Shown: positions 54,718 through 63,581 of the stretch, piece by piece
How positions within the stretch are numbered: the stretch's first letter is position 1
Layout of the letters: each line of letters begins with the position of its first letter
NCBI GenBank assembly: GCA_963788375.1
Contig: CAWBGT010000017.1
Location: 247,452 to 311,451, forward strand
DNA: 64,000 bases
Reading direction: 5' to 3'
DNA from: an uncultured Chloroflexia bacterium
Lineage (GTDB): Bacteria > Chloroflexota > Limnocylindria > Limnocylindrales > CSP1-4
The notes under the pieces: generated by a model
Database searches by the model: none
What the model saw: only the letters and a program-made list of their open reading frames with translations
What the model was told of the DNA's origin: nothing
Translations under genes and position numbers: made by a program

Positions 54718-55880
54718 AGCCCAAGCGCCGCGTGGTCCCCGGGATCAGCACGCGGCGGTCGCCCACGGTCCGGCGGGTGAAGCCGGCGATCCGGGCGGTT
54801 CCGCCGGGTGGCTCGCGGCCGGCGGGTGGCCTGCGTGCCTCGGGCGAGCCCGTCGCGGGTCGGACGGTCGACGACACCGGCAGGCTCGACGGCCCCGCGC
54901 TCGATGCAGTCGGCGGCCGCCCCGTCAGGCTCGCGGTGGACCTGGGGCGCGGCCTCGTCCTGGCCACCCCCGTCGTGACGGCCGCTGGACCGTTCGGGTA
55001 CGGCACCGAGGTGGCGGACCTGGTGGACCTCGGCCGGCTGGGGGCCCTGTTCACGCGTGGCACCAGCCTCAAGCCGCGCCGCGGTCACCCGGCGCCTCGG
55101 ACGGTCGAGGTACCGGCCGGCCTGCTGCTGGGGGTGGGGCCCCAGAACCCGGGGCTGGATGCCGTGCTGGAGCGCTACCCGGAGACCTGGGCCGGGTGGC
55201 CGGTCCCGGTGATCCTGAACCTGTGCGGGGAGACGGCGTCGGAGCTGTCGGAGATGGCTCGACGCCTGGAGGGCGTTCCGGGGATCGCGGGCCTGGAGGT
55301 CAACCTCTCGTGCGGCGGGGCCGGTCGCGGTGCCACCGCGTTCGGGCTGTCACCCGATGCCGCTGCGGGCGCGATCGCCGCCGTGCGTCGCGCCTGCGAC
55401 CTGCCGCTCATCGCCAAGCTCACGGCCGCTACGCTCGATGTGCGGGCCGTCGCCAGGGCCGTTGAGGACGCGGGGGCGGACGCGATCTCGGCAATCAACA
55501 CCCTGCCGGGCCTCGCGGTGGCGCCCGACCGCACGGGCCCGGCGCTCGGTTCCGGGTACGGCGGCATCTGCGGGCCCGCGCTCAAGCCCGTCGCCCTGAG
55601 GGTCGTCTTCGAGGTGGCCCAGGTGGTCGACGTGCCCGTCATCGGCATCGGCGGTGTCGCCACGATCGACGACGTGCTGGACATGCTGGCGGTGGGAGCC
55701 ACTGCGGTGGGGGTGGGCATTGCGGCCCTCGCCGACCCGATGCTCCCGGTCCACCTCGCCGACGAGCTGGCCGATGCCTGCCGGGCTCGCGGCCTGGACA
55801 GCGTCGCGGCCCTGGTCGGGACGGCGCTGCCCGCGCGGCCCGGGCCAGCGTCCACCCGCGGGGCGGAGTACGCGCGCTGA
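54714..55880 (+). CDS. pyrD: Dihydroorotate dehydrogenase (class 1B) catalytic subunit
   Basis: LATPVVTAAGPFGYGTE, LEVNLSCGG, AINTLPG and GIGGVATIDDVLDML. GTG 54714 gives a GTGA overlap with pyrK but adds a ~73-aa Arg-rich extension. GTG 54936 is an alternative start. Confidence 0.88.
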   Translation: MKPKRRVVPGISTRRSPTVRRVKPAIRAVPPGGSRPAGGLRASGEPVAGRTVDDTGRLDGPALDAVGGRPVRLAVDLGRGLVLATPVVTAAGPFGYGTEVADLVDLGRLGALFTRGTSLKPRRGHPAPRTVEVPAGLLLGVGPQNPGLDAVLERYPETWAGWPVPVILNLCGETASELSEMARRLEGVPGIAGLEVNLSCGGAGRGATAFGLSPDAAAGAIAAVRRACDLPLIAKLTAATLDVRAVARAVEDAGADAISAINTLPGLAVAPDRTGPALGSGYGGICGPALKPVALRVVFEVAQVVDVPVIGIGGVATIDDVLDMLAVGATAVGVGIAALADPMLPVHLADELADACRARGLDSVAALVGTALPARPGPASTRGAEYAR

Positions 55881-56149
55881 TGCAGGTCGGGCCGCTGCTC
55901 TTGTGGCTGCTGGTGATCAACGTGATCACGGCCGCGGTGTACGCGTGGGACAAGACACAGGCACGACGCGGAGGGCGCCGGATCCGCGAGCGGACGCTGT
56001 GGCTACTGTGCTTCGCCGGCGGCGTCGGCGGGGCGTGGGTGGTCTTCTTCGGCATGCGCCACAAGACGCAGCACCGGTCGTTCTGGATCGTGCAGGCCGC
56101 GGCGTCCGCACTGTGGATCGCGATCGTGGTAGCCGTCCTGTTCGACTGA
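55880..56149 (+). CDS. DUF1294-family small membrane protein
   Basis: AAVYAWDKTQARRGGRRIRERTLWLLCFAGGVGGAWVVFFGMRHKTQHRSF. The ATG shares its A with the pyrD TGA. Confidence 0.85.
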   Translation: MQVGPLLLWLLVINVITAAVYAWDKTQARRGGRRIRERTLWLLCFAGGVGGAWVVFFGMRHKTQHRSFWIVQAAASALWIAIVVAVLFD

Positions 56150-56182
56150 CCGCCGCACGCGGTCCTGTTCGACTGACCGCCG
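56135..56182 (+). repeat. 21-bp direct repeat duplicating the 3' end and stop codon of the DUF1294 gene
   Basis: gtcctgttcgactgaccgccg occurs at 56135-56155 (contains TGA 56147-56149) and 56162-56182, with a 6-bp spacer. Confidence 0.95.
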
Positions 56183-56229
56183 TCGCGCGCGGCACCCCGC
56201 CCCGGGACCCCGGCCCTAGACTCCGTCTC

Positions 56230-57609
56230 ATGCCGCGTGATCCCTCCACCCGCTCGGGCGTCGACCCCGACCGTGTCCGGGCGCTCAAGGAGGTCGAGGA
56301 TCGCCGGTTCCTCGCGGAGCACCCACGTTCCGTCGCGCTGCTGGCCCGGGGCAGAGACGTGATGCCCAACGGCGTGCCGATGGCCTGGCTGACGGGCAGC
56401 TACCACCACCCCCCGATGTGGGTGGCCGAGGGCCGCGGCGCCCACTTCACCGATGTCGACGGTCACGAGTACCGCGACTTCAACATCGCCGACATGTCGA
56501 TGTTCTGTGGCTACGCGCCGGAGCCGCTGGTCCGCGCGGTAGCGGACCGGATGGCGCGTGGCAACCAGTTCCTGCTGCCGAACGAGGACTCCATCGTCGT
56601 CTCGGAGCTGCTGCGCGAACGGTTCGGCCTCCCCAAGTGGCAGTACACGAGCTCGGCGACGCACGCCAATACGGAGGCCATCCGCCTGGCCCGAGTGCTG
56701 ACCGGGCGCGACACGGTCCTGATGTTCGACGGCAAGTACCACGGCCATTTCGACGAGGCGCTGGTCGAGCTGGACGACGACGGCCAGGTCGTGGCGGAGG
56801 AGCGGGGCGTGCCCGCCGACACGGTCCGGGGGACCGTCCTCGTGCCCTTCAACGACCCAATGGCGCTCGCTCGGGCGCTCGAGCGACGCGACATCGCGAT
56901 CGTCCTGGCAGAACCCGCGATCACGAACAACGTCGGCCTGCTGCTGCCCGCCGCCGGCTTCCACGACGAGCTGCGGCGGATCACCCGCGAGACGGGAACG
57001 CTGCTCGCCATCGACGAGACGCACACCCAGGTCGTGGGACCGGGTGGCCTCACAGCCCAGTGGGGGTTGCGGCCCGAGATCGTCACCATCGGCAAGTCGA
57101 TCGCCGGTGGACTTCCATTCGGCGCCTGGGGCATGACCGACGAGATCGCCGGGGTCATGGAGCAGCGCAAGGGTCCCGACGGCCAGCGGGCCGACCTCGT
57201 CGCCACCGGCGGCACCATCTTTGGCAACGCCCTCGCGATGGCGGCGGCCCGCGCGGTCATGACGGAGATCCTCACGCCCGAGGCCTACGCCCACACGCAG
57301 CGCCTGGGGGCGATGCTCGCGGGCGGGATGGGCGCGTCGGTTCAGGCTCACGGGTTGCCGTGGCACATCCACCACCTTGGGCCACGCTCCGGGTACACGT
57401 TCCAGCCCGCCCCGATCCGGGATGCCGCCGAGGCGCGGGCGTGCGCGGACGAGCTGCTGACGCGGCTGATCCGGGTCTGGCTGGCCAACCGTGGCGTGTG
57501 GGAGGCGATCGTGGGCGCCGGTCCCGTCTGCCCGGTGCCGGCGTCCGACGCGGACGTGGACGCCTACCTCGAGGGCTGGGACTCGCTGCTGGATACCCTG
57601 ACGGCGTAG
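56230..57609 (+). CDS. Class III PLP-dependent aminotransferase (glutamate-1-semialdehyde aminomutase-like)
   Basis: FNIADMSMFCGYAP, SSATHANTEAIRLAR, AIDETHT and the PLP-lysine region IVTIGKSIAGGLP. Confidence 0.88.
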   Translation: MPRDPSTRSGVDPDRVRALKEVEDRRFLAEHPRSVALLARGRDVMPNGVPMAWLTGSYHHPPMWVAEGRGAHFTDVDGHEYRDFNIADMSMFCGYAPEPLVRAVADRMARGNQFLLPNEDSIVVSELLRERFGLPKWQYTSSATHANTEAIRLARVLTGRDTVLMFDGKYHGHFDEALVELDDDGQVVAEERGVPADTVRGTVLVPFNDPMALARALERRDIAIVLAEPAITNNVGLLLPAAGFHDELRRITRETGTLLAIDETHTQVVGPGGLTAQWGLRPEIVTIGKSIAGGLPFGAWGMTDEIAGVMEQRKGPDGQRADLVATGGTIFGNALAMAAARAVMTEILTPEAYAHTQRLGAMLAGGMGASVQAHGLPWHIHHLGPRSGYTFQPAPIRDAAEARACADELLTRLIRVWLANRGVWEAIVGAGPVCPVPASDADVDAYLEGWDSLLDTLTA

Positions 57610-57675
57610 ATGCCTCGGGCAGTCGTCGCGTCCCGACCCGGCCAATTGGCGACCGGAGGCTAGAATTCCTGCGCC

Positions 57676-58356
57676 ATGACCACCCTGCGACGAACCCTGG
57701 ACGAGGCGGCCCGCCGCGTGATCTCCACGCGCACGGAGGCGTTGTTCCGTGCCAGCGGAGCGCTGCGCGATGGCCACTTCACGCTCAAGAGCGGCCGCCA
57801 CTCCGACGCCTACCTGGAGAAGTTCCAGGTGCTGCAGGACCCCGCGGCCACCAGCGAGCTGTGCGGCTTCTGGGCGGGTCAGCACCGGCACGCGGACGGC
57901 ACGCCGGCCGTCGACCTGGTCGCCGGTCCAACCACCGGCGGCGTGATTCTGGCCTTCGAGACCGGCCGCCAGCTGGGCACCCGCGCGATCTTCGCGGAGG
58001 AGGTCGCCGTGGTTGAGGGCTTGCGTCGCGAGTTCCGACGCGGCTTCACGATCACGCCCGGTGAACGCGTCCTGCTGGTCGACGACATCCTGACCACCGG
58101 CGGCTCGCTGCTGGCAATGATCCCGGCGGTCGAGGCGGCCGGCGGCGAGATCATCGAGTGCGCGGTGCTCGTGGACCGCTCGGGAGGCCTGGCCACCCTG
58201 ACGTCGCCCGCCACGGGTCGCGTGTATCCGCTCAGAGCGCTGTGGCGGCTGACCCTGCCGACCTACGAACCGGGCGCTGCGACCTGCCCGCGCTGCGCGG
58301 CCGGCGAGCCCGCCGTCAAGCCGGGGAGCAGCGGCGCGGGGATGATGCCCGCGTGA
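57676..58356 (+). CDS. pyrE: Orotate phosphoribosyltransferase
   Basis: GHFTLKSGRHSDAYLEKF and PRPP motif VLLVDDILTTGGSL. Confidence 0.9.
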   Translation: MTTLRRTLDEAARRVISTRTEALFRASGALRDGHFTLKSGRHSDAYLEKFQVLQDPAATSELCGFWAGQHRHADGTPAVDLVAGPTTGGVILAFETGRQLGTRAIFAEEVAVVEGLRREFRRGFTITPGERVLLVDDILTTGGSLLAMIPAVEAAGGEIIECAVLVDRSGGLATLTSPATGRVYPLRALWRLTLPTYEPGAATCPRCAAGEPAVKPGSSGAGMMPA

Positions 58357-58817
58357 CCTCGTCCGGCGACCGGAAAGGGGGTCGGTCGGCACCCGCCCGT
58401 CGGGTCACCGTCCTCGCGGCGGGGCTGGTGGTCGGGGCGTCGTTCCTGGTTGTCCTCGCGGCCGGCGGGTTCGGGCCTGCCCGCACCACGACGCCGGGCC
58501 CGGTCGGCGGCGCATCCCTCGGCCCCGCGATCAGCGGATCCCCGGTTCCCGCCGACGGCAGGGCGGCGACGCCCGCGTCGCCGGTGACCGGCGTGCTGAC
58601 GGACATCGAGGCCACCGGCCTCACCACCGTCACCGCGATCACCCTTCGCACGGCTGACGGCGTGCAGACCACGTTCCGGATCGGCGTGCTCGAGAACGGC
58701 GCGGAGTTCCCGCCCGGCCATCTCACGGAGCACATGGCAACGTCGTCGCCGGTCCGCGTGTACTTCCGCGACGAGGACGGGACGCCGGTGGTCTACCGCA
58801 TCGAGGACGCGGAATAG
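58353..58817 (+). CDS. Hypothetical membrane-anchored protein
   Basis: GTGA overlap with pyrE. TM helix VTVLAAGLVVGASFLVVLAAGGF, then a ~100-aa domain (TFRIGVLENGAEFPPGHLTEHM). Confidence 0.6.
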   Translation: MTSSGDRKGGRSAPARRVTVLAAGLVVGASFLVVLAAGGFGPARTTTPGPVGGASLGPAISGSPVPADGRAATPASPVTGVLTDIEATGLTTVTAITLRTADGVQTTFRIGVLENGAEFPPGHLTEHMATSSPVRVYFRDEDGTPVVYRIEDAE

Positions 58818-59095
58818 CCGGGTCACGGGACCCTTGACGGCGCCCGGAGGTGGTGCCATTGGGGCGGGGCGGCGCCGCCATGACGCCAACGCCCATTCTG
58901 GCTCGACAATCTCGGGGTCTCGAGTGCGTGACCCCGCAGCGAACGTCGAGTTTCGAGCGGCGGTCGTGCGCGCATCAAGTCGCGCTGATCCACAGGCGGA
59001 TCGGCCGGCATCGCAGGGGCTCACGGATGGCGCTGATCGACCGGGCCCGAGGCAGCGCCGAGCCCGGTGCGCGGCACCACGGATGGTCCGCCCCG

Positions 59096-60064
59096 CTACG
59101 ACCCGGAGATCTCCGAGATCGCGGCCCGTAGCTCGTCCTCGCTGAGGGCGCCCTCGAAGGAGCTGCGGACGATTCCCTGGCCGTCCACCGCGAACAGCCA
59201 CGGCTCGGACAGGATGCCCCACTCGTCCACGGCCGCCACGGGCTGGAGCTGGCCGTCACCGTCGAGGACGGGCTGGAGGCGGCCCTCGGTGTAGGCCAGC
59301 TGGTAGGGCTCCACGTTGATGAAGGCCACGTCTTCGGGCGAGGTGGCCGCAACCTCCTTCACGAGGTCGAGCGTGGGGCCGCACTGGGCGCTCTGGCAGA
59401 ACGCCGGGGTGGCGAAGGACAGGACGAAGGGCTTGCCCTGGGCAACCGCATCGGCGACCGATAGCTCGTAGAAGGCGGGGTCCGGGTTGGTATCGGTGCT
59501 GATCCTCGTGAGGTCACCGCCCACGTCGGCGGCGGTGGGTGTGTCGGACGGGGGCGACTTCTCGCCGATCGCGACCACGGGCAGGTCATCCTGGACCTGG
59601 AACGAGACGCCGATGGCTTCCTGGGCCGCACCGGGAGCCTCGGTGATGAAGATGGCCTTCCAGTCGCCCGACTGCGGGAACTCCGTACGCGCGACGTACT
59701 CGCCGCGCGAGCCTTCGATGGCCCAGATGAAGTCGGCCTTGACGGCGGGGCCGGGATCGGTTGCGCCCGGCGCGATGAACGCGACTGAGGCCGTACGGTC
59801 CGGGGTCGCCGCGGGCAGGTTCGTCGTGGCGTCGAGGAACGAGAACACGAAGCGGTAGGGGCCCTTCACCTGCTGGCCGATGATCACCGGGATCACCGTG
59901 GGGGTGGCCTGGGCCGCGGAGGCGTCGGGTGAGGGGATGGCCGGGGTCCCGCCCGATGCGGTTGCCGGCGTGCCTGTGCCCGGCGAGCAGGCCGCGATCA
60001 CTACGGAGAGTGCGGCGAGGGCGGCGAGCATGACAAGTGGTGCCGGACGCGGTCGAAGCATGAG
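59096..60064 (-). CDS. Lipoprotein with a C-terminal thioredoxin-like domain (C-x4-C)
   Basis: Lipobox LSVVIAAC. C-terminal KPFVLSFATPAFCQSAQCGPTLD. The function is inferred only from the fold-like motif and the neighbouring haem A genes. Confidence 0.7.
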   Translation of the reverse strand, partial: LMLRPRPAPLVMLAALAALSVVIAACSPGTGTPATASGGTPAIPSPDASAAQATPTVIPVIIGQQVKGPYRFVFSFLDATTNLPAATPDRTASVAFIAPGATDPGPAVKADFIWAIEGSRGEYVARTEFPQSGDWKAIFITEAPGAAQEAIGVSFQVQDDLPVVAIGEKSPPSDTPTAADVGGDLTRISTDTNPDPAFYELSVADAVAQGKPFVLSFATPAFCQSAQCGPTLDLVKEVAATSPEDVAFINVEPYQLAYTEGRLQPVLDGDGQLQPVAAVDEWGILSEPWLFAVDGQGIVRSSFEGALSEDELRAAISEISGS

Positions 60065-60251
60065 ATGAGCGTAGCCCGAGCGCCCGCGATGCGCCGGAGC
60101 GCGGCACGGCCCTTGACGCCGCCGCCCGCGGCACGGCCCGCCGCCCGCCCTTGCGGCTGCAGCCGCCGTGCGCGGGTAGAATGGCGGCCTTGCATCCGCG
60201 CGGCTCCGAGCGCCCCTGCCCAGCGCACCCTCGAGGACGATCGCACCAGCC

Positions 60252-62309
60252 GTGACCCGCTTCCAGAAGATCGCCGTCGTGACCGTGGTCGCGACCATCC
60301 TGCTCGTCACCGTGGGCGTCATCGTGCGGGCCACGGGATCCGGCATGGGCTGCCCGGACTGGCCCCTGTGCTACGGCAAGATCCTGCCGCCGCTCGATGA
60401 CTACAAGGCGTGGTGGGAGTGGATCCACCGGACCATCGCCGCGGTCATCGGCTTCCTGATCCTGGGCGTTGCGTACTTCGCCTGGAAGGACCATCGGGAC
60501 CGACGGTCGATCCTGTGGCCCAGCCTCGCGGCCGTCCTGCTGGTCGCGTTCCAGGCATGGCTCGGACGCGAGACCGTGCGCATGAACAACTCCGGCGAGT
60601 CGGTGACTGCGCACCTGGCGGCCGCTATGTCCCTCCTGGGCCTGCTCGTGTACGTCACGGTGCGTGCCTTCTACCCCGCGCGCCTTCCGGTCCGCGGCAG
60701 CTCCCAGCGCTTCACCCTGCTCGCCGTCCTCACGGCTGCCGCGATGTTCGTCCTGCTCCTGTTCGGCTCCAATGTCACGGCCCAGGACGCGGGCCTCGTG
60801 TTCCCGGACTGGCCGCTGATGAATGGCGTCCTGATCCCGGTGGGTCCCGAGACGGATCCCATGGTGCGCCCGCTCTACGAGGCGCACGTCCTCCACCGCT
60901 ACGTGGCCGGCGTGGTCCTGGTGCTCGTCTGGATCACGGCGGCTGCCGCGTGGCGCACCCAGCGGTCGCGGCCCGCGATCGTCCGGATGGCGGTCACCCT
61001 CGGCCTCATCTACCTGGCCCAGGTCGCGATGGGCGGCCTGCAGGTGTTCACGCGGCTGGCCGACTGGACGCAAACGCTCCACGTTGCCCTGAGTGCGATC
61101 CTGTGGGGGCTGGCCGTGGCCCTGGCCGTCACGTCCTACTACGAGGCGCGCACGACGGCACCCGCCGACCCAGGTCCGGCCGACCCGTCCACCGGAGAGC
61201 GGGCTCCCGACACAGACGCGGCCCGCGACGAGGGACCTGCCTCCGACGAGGGCCTCGCCGCCGACCGGGCGCCGGCTACTCCGACCGCAGCCGGCTCGCC
61301 CGTCGACGAGGCCATGATCCCGTACGTCGCCTTGTTCCCGGGCACCCCTCCCAGCGTCGTTTCGCCGGCAGCCACCTCCGCGGCCCCGGCTGCCTCCGGT
61401 CGCGGCGGCAAGGTCCGCGCCTACATCGCGTTGACCAAGCCGCGCATCATCGAGCTCCTGCTCATCACCACCATCCCCGCGATGGTGCTGGCCACGCGGG
61501 ACGTCCCCGGCATGAACCTGCCCGAGTGGCTGCGGCTGGCCTTCTGGACGATGGTGGGCGGCTCCCTGGCGGCCGGCTCCGCGAACGCCATCAACCAGTA
61601 CCTGGACCGCGACATCGACCTGCTGATGACGCGCACCCGGCGCCGTCCGCTGCCCGCCCACGACGTGACGCCAGAGAACGCGGTCGTGTTCGGGATCGTG
61701 CTGGGCATCATCTCGATCGCCCTGATGGCCTACTTCGTCAACCTGATCTCGGCGTTCCTGACCCTGCTCGCGATCGCCTTCTATGTCGTCGTCTATACGT
61801 TCCTGCTCAAGCGCACGACGCCCCAGAACATCGTCATCGGCGGAGCCGCCGGTGCGCTGCCGCCGGTCATCGGCTGGGCAGCCGTCACCGGCAGGGTCGA
61901 GATCCCCGCGCTGTTCCTGTTCGCGATCGTCTTCTACTGGACCCCGCCGCACTTCTGGGCGCTCGCCCTGCGCATCCGCAAGGACTACGAGGCGGCAAGC
62001 GTGCCCATGCTGCCCGTGGTCAAGGGCGTGCCCGAGACGGCGCGGCAGATCGGCCTGTACACGATCCTGCTGGTGGCGATCAGCCTGATCTTCTGGCCCG
62101 TCGCAGCGATGGGGCCCCTGTACCTGTTCGCGGCGGTCGTGCTCGGCGGCATCTTCCTGTGGCGCGCCTACGTCCTGTGGCGACAGGCGACGTCACCCGA
62201 GGGCTCGCTGGCGCAGGCGATCCGCCTGTACAAGTTCTCGATCAGCTACCTGACGCTGCTGTTCGTGGCGGTTGCCGTGGATGCGCTGCTGGTCGGCCCG
62301 ATCGCCTGA
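60252..62309 (+). CDS. ctaA/ctaB: Fusion of haem A synthase (CtaA/COX15) and haem O synthase (protohaem IX farnesyltransferase, CtaB/COX10)
   Basis: N-terminal half: GMGCPDWPLCYG, second FPDWPLMNG, conserved His. Low-complexity linker at ~61140-61385. C-terminal half: NQYLDRDIDLLMTRTRRRPL, YWTPPHFWALAL. Confidence 0.9.
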   Translation: MTRFQKIAVVTVVATILLVTVGVIVRATGSGMGCPDWPLCYGKILPPLDDYKAWWEWIHRTIAAVIGFLILGVAYFAWKDHRDRRSILWPSLAAVLLVAFQAWLGRETVRMNNSGESVTAHLAAAMSLLGLLVYVTVRAFYPARLPVRGSSQRFTLLAVLTAAAMFVLLLFGSNVTAQDAGLVFPDWPLMNGVLIPVGPETDPMVRPLYEAHVLHRYVAGVVLVLVWITAAAAWRTQRSRPAIVRMAVTLGLIYLAQVAMGGLQVFTRLADWTQTLHVALSAILWGLAVALAVTSYYEARTTAPADPGPADPSTGERAPDTDAARDEGPASDEGLAADRAPATPTAAGSPVDEAMIPYVALFPGTPPSVVSPAATSAAPAASGRGGKVRAYIALTKPRIIELLLITTIPAMVLATRDVPGMNLPEWLRLAFWTMVGGSLAAGSANAINQYLDRDIDLLMTRTRRRPLPAHDVTPENAVVFGIVLGIISIALMAYFVNLISAFLTLLAIAFYVVVYTFLLKRTTPQNIVIGGAAGALPPVIGWAAVTGRVEIPALFLFAIVFYWTPPHFWALALRIRKDYEAASVPMLPVVKGVPETARQIGLYTILLVAISLIFWPVAAMGPLYLFAAVVLGGIFLWRAYVLWRQATSPEGSLAQAIRLYKFSISYLTLLFVAVAVDALLVGPIA

Positions 62310-62313
62310 AGGG

Positions 62314-62480
62314 CGTCCCCGCGTCCCCGCGTCCCCCGCGGCGCGGCTGCCGGCGGCGCGGGCCGGCACCCGGCGGCGCGGGCCGGCACCCGGCGGCGCC
62401 GGCGCGGCTGCCGGCGGCCGGCGGCGCGGTTCGGCACCCGCGTCGCTGAGCGGTTCGGCCCCCGCGTCGCTGAGCGGTTC
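62314..62480. repeat. Composite tandem repeats downstream of ctaA/ctaB
   Basis: cgtccccg x3 (62314-62339), cggcggcgcgggccggcacc x2.5 (62351-62399) and cggttcggcMcccgcgtcgctgag x2.2 (62427-62480). Confidence 0.93.
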
Positions 62481-62677
62481 TACGGTCGGGTCCATCCCTG
62501 TCTGCGCCGCCGGGCGGCACGTCTGTCGGCTGGATCCGGGCCGCCACCCTACGCGCGTGCCTGCAGCCGGCTGATCCGTGGGCCTGCCCAACGGTTGAAC
62601 CGCTGGGCGACGCATTTCACGACACCGGCGAACCCCTGGGCGGCGCGGCGACACCGCGGGCCACGTCGCCGGTCCCG

Positions 62678-63352
62678 TCAGTCGCCGATGTCGCCCCGTG
62701 CTTCCAGCACTGCCCGTCGGCGGCGCGAGACACGGCCCTCGCGGTCGAACACGCGGAGCGCGGCCTGCACCAGTGGCCCGATCCCAAGCGCGAACACCAC
62801 GGTCCCCAGCCCGACCGTCCCGCCCGCAAGAAAGCCCAGGGCCAGGACGCACAGCTCGATCCCGGTCCGGGCGTTGCGAATCGACCAGCCGAAGCGCAGG
62901 TGCAGCCCGGTCATGAGGCCGTCGCGCGGTCCCGGCCCGAGATCCGAGGCGAGGTACAGCCCGGACCCGATCGCGATCGTGACGACGCCGGCCAGCATCA
63001 TCGCCATCTGCGGCGGGAGCCCGTCGGCGGCCGGGATGATCCCGAGCGCGACGTTGGTGGCCGTCCCGATCAGCGCGATGTTGATGACCGTGCCGATGCC
63101 GGGGCGCTCGCCCAGGGGCCACCAGGCCGCCAGCACCGGGATGCCCACGAGGATGCTCACCGTGCCCAGCGGGAGACCCGTCAGCCGGCTGATGCCCTGG
63201 TGGAAGACCTCCCACGGACCCAGTCCCATCCCGGCCTGGGCCATCGCGGCGATGCCGACGCCGAACAGCACGAGACCCACCAGCAGGCCCGGAAGGCGTG
63301 GCAGGACAACGGCAGGGGACCAGCGGGAGGCAGGCTCGGGCATCCGGCGCAT
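62678..63352 (-). CDS. YczE/YitT-like membrane protein
   Basis: GLLVGLVLFGVGIAAMAQAGMGLGPWEVFHQGISRLTGLPLGTVSILVG, a polytopic protein. Confidence 0.8.
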   Translation of the reverse strand: MRRMPEPASRWSPAVVLPRLPGLLVGLVLFGVGIAAMAQAGMGLGPWEVFHQGISRLTGLPLGTVSILVGIPVLAAWWPLGERPGIGTVINIALIGTATNVALGIIPAADGLPPQMAMMLAGVVTIAIGSGLYLASDLGPGPRDGLMTGLHLRFGWSIRNARTGIELCVLALGFLAGGTVGLGTVVFALGIGPLVQAALRVFDREGRVSRRRRAVLEARGDIGD

Positions 63353-63388
63353 GGTACCGGCGCCGGCGTGGCGCGGCGGACGCGCCCC

Positions 63389-63581
63389 GGTCAGGCCGCT
63401 CCCGCGCCCGCGCCCCGGTCAGGCCGCTCCCGCGCCCGGTCAGGCCGCTCCCGCTCCCGCGCCCGGTCAGGCCGCTCCCGCTCCCGCGCCCGGTCAGGCC
63501 GCTCCCGCGCCCGGTCAGGCCGCTCCCGCTCCCGCGCCCGGTCAGGCCGCTCCCGCGCCCGGTCAGGCCGCTCCCGCGCGC
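63389..63581 (-). repeat. Eight tandem copies (21/27/28-bp units) of the 3' end plus stop codon of the flanking peptidase-like gene
   Basis: ggtcaggccgctcccgc starts at 63389, 63417, 63438, 63465, 63492, 63513, 63540 and 63561. The last copy contains the real stop (tca 63563-63565). Confidence 0.95.

Noticed and set aside
54714-54935. The 73-aa Arg-rich N-terminal extension of PyrD as a distinct domain or separate gene.
   Set aside because: Its composition resembles shadow-frame sequence, and an alternative GTG at 54936 gives a canonical PyrD N-terminus. I cannot decide between the starts without homolog alignment.
58914-58936. Hairpin CGGGGTC-N9-GACCCCG between convergent genes at 58.8-59.1 kb as an intrinsic terminator.
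   Set aside because: The stem is only 7 bp with no following U-tract on either strand. It is not distinguishable from chance GC-rich pairing.
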